A stretch of 64,000 bases of DNA from Macrostomum hystrix. Its lineage: Eukaryota > Animalia > Platyhelminthes. The stretch's first letter is position 1; every line of letters starts with the position of its first letter. Made by a program: the position numbers and the translations under genes. The stretch is taken from positions 2,666,001 through 2,730,000 of the forward strand of contig CATNEN010000032.1 of the NCBI GenBank assembly GCA_950097015.1, given 5' to 3'. The notes under the pieces are model-generated. The model did no database searches, was not told the origin of the DNA, and saw nothing but the letters and a program-made list of their open reading frames with translations. This document shows positions 52,301 through 62,292 of the stretch, piece after piece.

Positions 52301-55300
52301 AGCTGGTGGATCGGCTCAGCGTCCTGTGCGAGGAGCTCCGAGCGCCGCTGTTGGACAACGGAGGCGTCGGGCTTCGGCCGTGCCTTCCTGGTGGCAGTGA
52401 GGCCGGCCTTCTCACCTGGCTGCTGACGCGGCGGCCTGGCTTGTCCGCCGACGCACTCGCCGACTGCTTGCTGGCCGATGTTGGAACGAAGACGGCGCGT
52501 TTGACGGAGGAACTGCTGGAGGATGTCGGGTGCGTTTGCAGTCATGATTTTGGGAATTTAAGAAAACTATATTTTTGGGAGTTTTTGAATGATGGTTGGC
52601 TTATTTTGGGATTCAACAGATGGGATAAAAGTGACTAACCACTCCCTCGCAGAGGGGTTTTAGTCTTGTAGTTAGAGTGTCTGACTTACGTCTCGAAGGT
52701 CGGGGGTTCGATTCCCCTTTAGCTAGGCACTTAACTCTGTATTGCTTCAGTTCAGCCAGCTATTAAATTGGTATTGGGATTAGCTGGGGTAATAATAGTA
52801 ATAATAATGATTGCAGGAGGGCTGCGGGCAATGGCACATCTTTTGGTGACACTAGACCCGCAGCCAGCGAGGAGGCAATTCTGCCCATTCCGCTGACTCT
52901 TGGACACACGCACACAGATACTGTACGCAGGCATACGCTCACACAGGTGTGTACATCTGCCCTGACAGTGAACACTCTGACTGTGCCTTAGAGGTTGACC
53001 CTCAAGGGCGTAAATTGCACGACAAGCCCCAAGCCTTCTCTCCGCGGCTGCGCCCCAAATAAACGTGGCCTCGCCGCGGAATCGGTGACTAATTAGTCTT
53101 GAGTGTGGCGTCCCCCCACAGTCCATGGACTGAACAGCCGTACCCCCCTACTTAGCCTGATCCGCCAGCTGTCAGCGAGCCTGACTCGCCTGGACCTGCC
53201 CGCCCTGTGCCGCCGTCTGGACCAAAGCCGAGGCCTCCACCGCCTGTGCCACCTACTGCCAAGACTGCGTCGCAATGCCGAGCTGATGAAAAATTCTCGC
53301 CGAGCTGCCGACCTGGCCAACGCCTGGACTGATGTGTACTGCCTGCTGGCCGGCGCCATGGAACCGCAGGTCCTGGTTGAGCAGCCGCCAGGCCTGCACT
53401 GCTCAGCCCTGTCGCCTGAGAGAATCTCCGCCGACCTGCTCAAACTGACCAATCAGATCACAGCTGGGGGAAACATCGGCAATGCGCTGCTCACTGTCCT
53501 GCTGCTGGCTGCGCCTGCTGATACCCTCGCCAGCCTCATCGGCTGCTGCGTTGGACTGGCCGGTAGAAGGGCCTCGCCAGGACTCATGCAGGTGAGCTCG
53601 ATAAGCCTCCTAGTATTCATCATAGTAGGTATAGGTTGGTCCTCGGTATAGGCAGGTAGGTATCTTTAAGATCCCATCTACCTAATTCTCAGATCCTCAG
53701 GTTAATAGGTATCTGTAAGATCCCATCTACCTAATTCTCAGATCCTCAGGTTAATAGGTATCTTTAAGATCCCATCTACCTAATTCTCAGATCCTCAGGT
53801 TAATAGGTATCTGTAAGATCCCATCTACCTAATTCTCAGATCCTCAGGTTAATAGGTATCTTTAAGATCCCATCTACCTAATTCTCAGATCCTCAGGTTA
53901 ATAGGTATCTCTAAGAGCCCATCTACCTAATTCTCAGATCCTCAGGTTAATAGGTATCTCTAAGATCCCATCTACCTAATTCTCAGATCCTCAGGTTGGT
54001 AGGTAGCTCTAAGATCCCATCTACCTAATTCTCAGATCCTCAGGTAAGTAGACAGGGCTCCACAGGCCCTGAGTAGTACACCAGGTTCCTTCTGTAGTTC
54101 AGCTCCAGTGTTGCATCTCAAAATGGCTCATAATTATAAATTTCCCATCCTCATCGCAGACCATCATGTTGAATCCGTTGGTAACTGCGGTTCTATTGTC
54201 GGATCCGAATCTACTGGCTAAGGCTGCCACTACCGCACTGTCCAATAATATCGACCCGATGATTCAAGCCAGCGTGTTGCTGTCTCTGAACCGGATGTCT
54301 GCGCCGAAGACGCCACTGTTGAAGCAGCTCCTGTCTCCGACTGATGGAAATGCAGCGATGCGATTCAGCGCCGCCTTCTGGATTGAGCTCATGCGACTGA
54401 GTACAGCGGAGGACTCAACTGATCATGGATGGTGAGTAGACGGACTAGCATTCGATTCTGTTGCTATGGAAACAGTTTCATTGCAATAAGAAAAACAAAA
54501 AAGTACGCTTTTTGCTTTTTTCGCAACATATCGGCTAGTACTACTTACTAGCTACTGGCAGTTGGAAAACACGTCGGAATCCCTGAGCTCGATTCCAAGG
54601 CGTAAAATATACGCCATAGAGAGCCAACCTCCAAGGCACAGTAAAAGTGTACACTGCCAAGAAAGTGGACTCACTCACTCGCTCACAAGGTGGAGGGAAT
54701 AGACAGAATTGCCTTCTCGCTAGGAGAGGGGCTTGTTTCACAAAAAACATTCGGGCTAAACCATATTTTGCATTTTTCTACTTATAGTAGGATAAAACCG
54801 CAAAATATTTAACGCTACCGCAGTCTGCGTGGCCTCGATTCGTCCGACCTGGCAGCCGCGATTCTATTGCTATTCAGCAGCACAGCCTCATCAACTCAAC
54901 TCCAGCCAGCCATCCCCGACACGCCGGAGGTTGACTCGGCCATCTCCGGTCTCGCGTCGGCGTTGGCGGCATTGGACTCCTCGGCGGAGACGGCGTCCGG
55001 CATTGTTGAAGCTTTGCTGGACGCCTGCTCAAAGCGGTCCGGCTATCGACTGTCTGATCGTGTTCGATTTGTTACATTGTGTCGGCCCTTGTTAGCAGCT
55101 GCCCAGTCTGCCGCGATTTCGCTAGAATCATTCGTTGACATCGACTTGTGGTCTGAAAGATTTGTTGATGATCAGTTGACAATTTTGGGCGGCCTGATTA
55201 CAATTGGTTGCTATGGCGACGACGCCTGGCTGTCTGCTCTGTCTGATCGGCTGCCTGATCGCCTGAGTCAGCCAGCAACTGCTGCAGCTGGCCTGGTCTG

Positions 55301-58300
55301 CTTGAGTCTGGTGAGACCGTCTGCTCTTTGGGGAATACTCTATTGGTGGGTTAGGCTCTTTGAGGATTTTTCTTGAGAATTATAAGTTCTAGTGCATTTG
55401 AAAATTTGGGATTCGGCTCCTAGGGATTAGACTATTAGGGATTAGACTATTAGGGATTAGACTATTTGGGATTAGACTATTAGGGATTGGACTATAAGGA
55501 TTATATTATTAGTGATTGCGCTCTTAGGGATTAGACTATTTGGCATTAGACTATTAGGGATTGGGCTCTTAGGGATTAGACTATTTGGCATTAGACTATT
55601 AGGGATTGGGCTCCTAGGGATTAGACTATTAGGGATTAGACTATTAGGTATTAGACTATATTAGGTATTAGACTATTAGGATTAGACTATTAGGGATTAG
55701 ATTATTAGTGATTAGACTATTAGGGATTGGGCTCCTAGAGATTAGACTATTAGGTATTAGACTATTAGGTATTAGACTATTAGGATTAGACTATTAGGAT
55801 TAGACTATTAGGGATTAGATTATTAGTGATTAGACTATTAGGGATTGGGCTCCTAGAGATTAGACTATTAGGGATTAGATTATTAGTGATTAGACTATTA
55901 GGGATTGGGCTCCTAGAGATTAGACTATTAGGGATTGGGCTCCTAGAGATTAGACTATTAGGGATTGGGCTCCTAGGGATAAGCCTATTAGGGATTAGAC
56001 TATTAGGGATTGGGCTCCTAGGGATTAGACTATTAGGGATTAGACTATTAGGGATTAGACTATTAGGGATTAGACTATTAGGGATTAGACTATTAGGGAT
56101 TGGACTATAAGGATTATATTATTAGTGATTGCGCTCTTAGGGATTAGACTATTTGGCATTAGACTATTAGGGATTGGGCTCTTAGGGATTAGACTATTTG
56201 GCATTAGACTATTAGGGATTGGGCTCCTAGGGATTAGACTATTAGGGATTAGACTATTAGGTATTAGACTATATTAGGTATTAGACTATTAGGATTAGAC
56301 TATTAGGGATTAGATTATTAGTGATTAGACTATTAGGGATTGGGCTCCTAGAGATTAGACTATTAGGTATTAGACTATTAGGTATTAGACTATTAGGATT
56401 AGACTATTAGGATTAGACTATTAGGGATTAGATTATTAGTGATTAGACTATTAGGGATTGGGCTCCTAGAGATTAGACTATTAGGTATTAGACTATTAGG
56501 ATTAGATTATTAGTGATTAGACTATTAGGGATTGGGCTCCTAGAGATTAGACTATTAGGGATTAGATTATTAGTGATTAGACTATTAGGGATTGGGCTCC
56601 TAGAGATTAGACTATTAGGGATTGGGCTCCTAGAGATTAGACTATTAGGGATTGGGCTCCTAGGGATAAGCCTATTAGGGATTAGACTATTAGGGATTGG
56701 GCTCCTAGGGATTAGACTATTAGGGATTAGACTATTAGGGATTGGGCTCCTAGGGATTAGACTATTAGGGATTGGGCTCCTAGAGATTAGACTATTAGGG
56801 ATAAGACTATTAGGGATTGGGCTCCTAGGGATAAGCCTATTAGGGATTAGACTATTAGGGATTGGGCTCCTAGGGATTAGACTATTAGGGATTAGACTAT
56901 TAGGGATTGGGCTCCTAGGGATTAGACTATTAGGGATTGGGCTCCTAGGGATTAGACTATTAGGGATAAGACTATTAGAGATTAGACTATTAGGGATTAG
57001 ATTATTAGTGATTAGGGCTCCTAGGGATTAGACTCTTGGGGATTATACTATAAGGGACTCGATTCTTATGGATTGGGCTATATCTGGGGTTATTTTCTTC
57101 GGGATTATATTTTTGGGAATTATGTATTCTACTTTTAAAGATATGGCTGCTTCGGTATTTGTCTAGTTGGGGACTCTTAGTCTCTTAGCTTATTTATAGG
57201 GATTTCCCGTGGAATCGAACTCGGGGAACTTGGTGCGAGAGGCAAACGCGTGACTTTACTGCCACATCAGAAAGTACTGTGGTGCCTCTCGCACCACGGT
57301 CCCTAAGTTCGATTCCACGGCTTGGAATTTACGCCCTTGAGCGCCAACCTCCAAGACACAGTGAAATGTACACTGCCTGACGATGAGAAAGTCAGGGCAG
57401 ATGTACACACCTGTGTGAGCGTATGCCTGCGTACAGTATCTGTGTGCGTGTGTGCTCAGGAGTCATCGAAATGGGCAGAATTGCCTCCTCGCTGGCTGCG
57501 GGTCTGGTGTCACCAAATGATGTGCCATTGCCCGCAGCCCTCCTGCAATTATTATTATTACTATTATTAACCTCAACTGCTTCACTTGCAGCTGGATCAG
57601 CAAAATTGTGGCTCGCATCGCTGGAGACGCTGCCTGCGGACTCTGGAGCTGCTCTGCCGCCGCAACTGGCTTAACGGTTGGCCGGCAGTTTTTGCGCTAG
57701 CAGGCACTGCAGCTGGCAACGACTGGATCGGCCACTGCGAAACAGCCCAGGCTGCTCGCCTGCAGGCTCTGGGCCTGGCGCTGCTGCATGCCAGGTGTCG
57801 GCTTCGCCGGGCCTCTGACGGCTGTCGAACTGCCGATACTCTTATCGGCGCAGTCAGGGTGAGTGACGTCACTGGCTGGGTTGGTGGCTCTTCGGGCATT
57901 CCTCATTGGTGGGCACTGCGTACGTGTCTGTTCTCCTATTGTGCAGAGATATCCGGTTTCATAATTTTCTGAATGGAAAATAAGGTCTCCTATTCTCTTA
58001 TTGGTTGGCTAGAATCCAGCTTCCTACTCTATGATTAGCTGGCTAGAATCCAGCTTCCTACTCTCTGATTGGCTGGCTAGAATCCAGCTTCCTACTCTCT
58101 GATTGGCTGGCTAGAATCCAGCTTCCTACTCTATGATTGGCTGGCTAGAATCCAGCTTCCTACTCTATGATTGGCTGGCTAGAATCCAGCTTCCATTATT
58201 CTCTGATTGGTCAAGAAGGATCGGGCTAGCGCATAAACTATTAATCCTTCCCATCTCCTGTCTCCAGTCCCAGTGTCAGGTCTGGCTAGCCGAACCCGAA

Positions 58301-58543
58301 AGCTGCTCCGCCGCCCTCTGCCATCTTCTGTTGCCAATGGCAACCGTCCAAGCGTCCGACTTGTCGTCAAGCCTGGCACTGCTGGTGGCCGAGACTCTGG
58401 CCCGCCTGGCGACCACCATCGGCTCGCCTGATTGTCGTGAATCCAGCACCTTCGAGAACCTGACTGCCCGCCTGCGAAGCTCTAGCTGGCTGAGCGATCC
58501 GGCTGTGCGGCGGGCTGCTTCAGGACTGCTGAAGTCTGGCTGA
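46370..58543 (+). CDS. Unrecognised Leu/Ala-rich, probably alpha-helical repeat protein, 9 exons, ~980 aa
   Basis: Exons 46370-46492, 51251-51400 (alt donor 51445), 51561-52136, 52174-52529, 53156-53591, 54160-54431, 54824-55310, 57592-57858, 58268-58543; every junction is GT-AG and phase-matched (2943 nt). The link of exon 1 across the 4.8 kb intron is the least certain. No family motif recognised. Confidence 0.7.
46500..49530. repeat. Two related 21-bp minisatellites in tandem, ~3 kb
   Basis: (GAATCTGGGACTACAAATCCT)n to ~47340, then (GAATCCGTGGCTACTAATCCA)n; starts just after a perfect donor AAG|GTGAGT at 46493. Confidence 0.97.
49579..50373 (-). CDS. Secreted PAN/apple-like + C-type lectin domain protein, intronless, 264 aa
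   Basis: Signal peptide MRTDTLALLLRTLWLVSTFTLA; CSIRCAATANCQAF..C (PAN-like); CPPGY...WDAANQDC...LGG...W...QPDGG..QAC...DDFNC....FICE (CTLD with QPD motif). Confidence 0.9.
   Translation of the reverse strand: MRTDTLALLLRTLWLVSTFTLAQFCQSNSAVRFHKTTGADCVNSSFINNIRGLCTPLDCSIRCAATANCQAFRLLSSSSCECKLFLFDACSHRVQSEPNCTNQVTVYVRSLPGVPPGRLCPPGYQHTRYGTSYKLVTDRRLMWDAANQDCSSNPGLTKLSDTIEADEVNYLLLLCSQISKESSTLDFLLGGNQTAKFALKSDGWKWLTCNTSINKVVWDSSQGQPDGGFPRQACTMIHSSFKNGIDDFNCNSPVPFICECQSVF
50812..51170. repeat. 29-30-bp minisatellite before an acceptor
   Basis: AATCCAATCCTCATCTCCCCAGTGGGATA-like units. Confidence 0.9.
52655..53137 (+). mobile_element. SINE family B interrupted by an antisense family A SINE (52791-53085)
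   Basis: B box GGTTCGATTCCC and CORE-like GGCACTTAACTCTGTATTGCTTCAGTTCAGCCAGCTATTAAATTGGTA; family A copy inserted tail first; family B resumes with GAGTGTGGCG...CAGTCCATGGACTGAA. Confidence 0.75.
53655..54045. repeat. 49-bp minisatellite, ~8 copies, intronic
   Basis: AAGATCCCATCTACCTAATTCTCAGATCCTCAGGTTAATAGGTATCTNT, period 49 (53668, 53717, 53766). Confidence 0.95.
54575..54730 (+). mobile_element. Degenerate SINE family A copy
   Basis: CCCTGAGCTCGATTCC...GCCAACCTCCAAGGCACAGT...GTGTACACTGCC...CAGAATTGCCTTCTCGCT. Confidence 0.65.
55410..57060. repeat. 15-bp minisatellite containing TTAGGG, with an internal higher-order duplication
   Basis: (GGGATTAGACTATTA)n; the variant block at 55488 recurs at 56101. 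Confidence 0.96.
57207..57570 (+). mobile_element. SINE family A copy (57275-57570) preceded by an inverted copy of its tRNA-like head
   Basis: Plus-strand body with B box AGTTCGATTCC and (ATT)n tail; 57207-57250 is a minus-strand head. Confidence 0.82.
58000..58210. repeat. 34-bp minisatellite, intronic
   Basis: (GGCTAGAATCCAGCTTCCTACTCTCTGATTGGCT)n, ~6 copies. Confidence 0.93.
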
Positions 58544-59068
58544 TCCGCTCTTGGAGCAGCCAGTGCAGCCGTGCGCTAGAACTGCAATGAACTAGCTTTC
58601 AAAATGCACATCTGAGACTTAGGGATCTGTTACTAGCAGATCACAGATTTATCCCATATCGATAAATTTCAGATTGGAATGGGATGCAGATCCCAAAGAT
58701 AGTCTAGTTTATCTCTTGGGGTGATTGCATTTTTCACAAATTACATTTATTGAGCATTAAAAAACTCAAGCAAAATCTCTGTTTCGCATGCTAGCAAACT
58801 CAAGTACTTGATGCTTCGCTTCATTCGCATTGTAGCTTTTTGCCAATAAACAATTTAATTAAATCTGCGTGTGTCCATTTCAATCGTTTGGTTTCATTTC
58901 GTTGATTTTTTTGGTTAACTGAAAAAAGCTAAAAACTGTCTGTCTGCTTTCGGTGTCTGTCTGTCTGTCTGTCTGTCTGTCAGTTCTGGGTGTCTGTCTG
59001 TCTGTTCTGGGTGTCTGTCTGTCTGTCTGTCTGTCAGGAAGTGACTTAGCTCCTGTCCTGGCTTCCAG

Positions 59069-61081
59069 GAGGCCCTGATCAGCGGCGCGGCGGCCGGTCT
59101 CTTGGTGGACCTGTCGCTCTACCCGCTTGACACCATTAAGACCCGGGCCCAGTCCGGCTCCGGCTTCTGGGCCGCCGGCGGCCTTCGCCGCCTCTTCCAG
59201 GGCGTCTCGGTCGTCTCCCTGCTTTCCATGCCCGGAGCCGCAGTCTTCTTTGCCACCTACGACGCTGGCAAAAGTCGCCAGCTGCCGCTGCCGCTAGCCG
59301 CCTGTCTGGGCGAGACTGCCGCCTGCCTGGTGCGAGTGCCCTGCGAGGTGGTGAAGCAGCGGGCCCAGACTGACGCAGCTCGGCGCGGGCCCTGGCGCAT
59401 CTTCACCGACTGCCTGCGCCAGGAAGGTCCGGGCGGCCTCTACCGAGGCTTTCGCAGCACCCTCCTCAGGGAACTGCCCTTCGCCAGCCTGCAGTTCCCG
59501 CTGTGGGAGGCGCTGAAGGTGCTGGCCGGCCCCGACTGGGTGGACAAGCCGGTCGCCTCGGCTGCTTGCGGCTTCGCGGCCGGCGGAACCGCCGCCTTCG
59601 TCACAACTCCGCTTGACGTGGCCAAGACTAGGATTATGCTGGCCGCTAGGTGAGTCCTGTATCCGTGCTATTCTATTCTCGCTTCTGTGCTCTCGTTACT
59701 CACTGCTATCCGTACTCATTAGTTTTTCCCTTTTGTTGCGTCTCCTAGGCTGGCTCCGGCCAGAGAATGGATCGGGTGGGTTAGGGGGCCGCCCGGAGAC
59801 ACCCAGGTCGTCTTGGCCCCAGGGGTAGCTAGGGACAAGGAGAGAGGCAGGGAGGGTCACAGACGTTTCTGCAGACCAGGGACGCAGGCGCGAAATTTTG
59901 CAGCCGAGGATTGTGAGGAGTGGTTTCCCCCCGGCACCCAGAAAATGAAGAAGGCGGTGACGACTCGGTCTTACCCGCACAAATGCGACAAGGCGTGTGG
60001 CCGGCTATATTTACTTGCTCGAACGTCAACGCACGCGCTGGGATACGCAAAGGAATCTTTGCGACTTAAGGGACTGTCGCGAATAAGAGGGGTCGCCGCC
60101 GACGGGTGAGTTTTGTCGGGTGCCGTAATTTCGGCTCTGACTGGTGTTCGTCTCGGACAGGTTAACATTCCGGGGCCCGAGCGCCAGACGAGCAACGCCG
60201 CTCAGCCTGACCCGGACTGAAATACCCTGGGCCCAGCCAGGGGGGGGGGCGGCAGCCTAAGCCGCGGCTAACGCGACACTAAATAACCCTGCCGCAGAAT
60301 GCACGCTCAAAAAGAGGGTGGGGTTAAGGCTCCAGGCCTCCCCCAGAATACACGCACAAAAGGGGGGTGGGGTTAAGGCTCCAGGCCTCCCCCAACGCAA
60401 CACCCGCCCAGCCAGGTTGGCTCAGGGGGTGTGTGGGCTCGCTCTGACAAACCGGCTAGCCCCACCCCGCCTCCCCCGGCCCACGCACAAACCACCAGCC
60501 CTCGCACTGGCGGTCCAACACTTTATTTGCATCATTTCATAGATTTCTCCACCTTCGACTTTTCTTCTCTTTCCGACTCTTTTTTCTCCCATTCTACTTT
60601 ATCCTATGTAGATTTCTCCCATACCGATTTCTCCTATTCCAATTTTCTCCCATTCTACTTTCTTTCATACCTATATTACCTATCCAAATTTCTCTAAAAA
60701 CCAAAATTTTTGTTCCTTTTTTCGATTTCCGTGTCCCAAGTTCTTCTTTGCTCGCCGATAAAAGACTTCCCTACCATTTTCTCCCTTAACCAGCTCTCTC
60801 ATTATTCCGTATCCCTGTCATACCTTGATTCTGAAGCAATCTTTCCTACCGATTCTAATCCGACATTCGCGCCTCCGCACCCCAGCAGGGACCGCCTGGC
60901 ATCGGGCAGCGTGCTCTCGGCCCTGTCCACGGTGTTCGCCGAGCGCGGCATGTCGGGCCTATTCGCCGGAGCGGCGCCGAGAACCGCCATGATTGCCATC
61001 GGAGGGGCCGTGTTCCTGGGAGTCTACGACACCGTGCGCCTCGGCCTGGACAGGCTCAGCTGGCTGGGCAGATCTTCCTGA
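59069..61081 (+). CDS. SLC25A26: Mitochondrial S-adenosylmethionine carrier, 2 exons, no genomic start codon
   Basis: Exons 59069-59649 and 60886-61081 (phase 2; NAGNAG alternative at 60889). ALISGAAAG..VDLSLYPLDTIKTR, RVPCEVVKQRAQ, TTPLDVAKTRIML, GLFAGAAPR...IAIGGAVFLGVYD match PET8/SAMC. Confidence 0.92.
59734..60520. mobile_element. Solo LTR (787 bp) in the SLC25A26 intron
   Basis: Termini TGTTG...CAACA; 4-bp TSD CTTT at 59730-59733 and 60521-60524; GC-rich island in a pyrimidine-rich intron; internal ~48-bp direct duplication. Confidence 0.8.
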
Positions 61082-61169
61082 TCCTCTGGGAGAATTTCCT
61101 GTGACTGACTTGCCTTCATCCTCGCGCGAGTCTTCCCTGATCGACCTGTCCCTGACTTCCCTGATTTAC

Positions 61170-61640
61170 TCCAACTCAATGACCTATTTTTCCAACTCAG
61201 TGACCTATTTGTCCAAAACCAATGACCTATTTATCCAAAACCAATGACCTATTTATTCAAAACCAATGACCTATTTATCCAAAACCAATGACCTATTTTT
61301 CCAAAACCAATGACCTATTTTTCCAACTCAGTGACCTATTTGTCCAAAACCAATGACCTATTTATTCAAAACCAATGACCTATTTATCCAAAACCAATGA
61401 CCTATTTATCCAAAACCAATGACCTATTTATCCAAAACCAATGACCTATTTATCCAAAACCAATGACCTATTTATCCAAAACCAATGACTATTTATCCAA
61501 AACCAATGACTATTTATCCAAAACCAATGACTATTTATCCAAAACCAATGACCTATTTATCCAAAACCAATGACCTATTTATCCAAAACCAATAACTATT
61601 TATCCAAAACCAATGACTATTTATCCAAAACCAATGACCG
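61170..61640. repeat. 22-bp minisatellite downstream of the SLC25A26 stop
   Basis: (CCAAAACCAATGACCTATTTAT)n. Confidence 0.95.
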
Positions 61641-62292
61641 ATATATCCAAACTATATATCCAATGTCCGATGTATCAAGCTCACAGACTTATTCAATTCA
61701 CCGATTTATCCGAACCCAATGACCGGTTAATATCACCGAATGACCGTTGTACGAGTGTATCTCATCCAATGACCGATTTTTCCCACCTAATGACCGATTT
61801 ATCTAAACCCAATGATAAAATCGAGGACGAACATAAAAAAACGTATTTTATAACAAAACTATATAAGTATAGCAGCCATATGATAATAGTGAGTATTTTG
61901 TAAGAATTTTGCTAGCAATTAAGATAGTTCAATTATATTTTTTGAATGTTTTTGTTAATCTGTTTGATTTAAACAAAATTATCGTTAGTTCTGGGTGTGT
62001 TTTCGCTAATTCATCCTACTTAGAAGTCAACTCTGCTGGCAACCTGTTTCAGCAGCAGCAGATGCTATACTATTGTCATTGGCATTTTATCAATTGCGAT
62101 TTCTCTTTAATGTTGAAAAAGAAAATAAAAAGTAAAAAAATACTGATCACGCATTTCAGTTGAGGTAGGAATTTTCAATTAAATTAGCCGGTCTGTTTCT
62201 GAGCTCGTATTTTATATTTCGTCTGACATCTCTCGACGCGCGCTGAGGTCTACTTAGAGTAGAGACTAACGCAAAACATTATTGGCTTAGAC

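Noticed and set aside
57484-57550. GCC-TCCTCGCT-GGC in SINE A, identical to P3/L3 of the genomic HDV ribozyme
   Set aside because: No GG follows the putative P1 to form P1.1 in most copies, there is no proper J4/2 C-R-A-A or P2, the segment is instead paired by a downstream stem, and one copy has lost the motif. An RNArobo or Infernal search would settle it.
59613-60542. Short ORFs as retroelement or novel genes
   Set aside because: They lie within or overlap the solo LTR and show no RT, integrase, recombinase or gag motifs.
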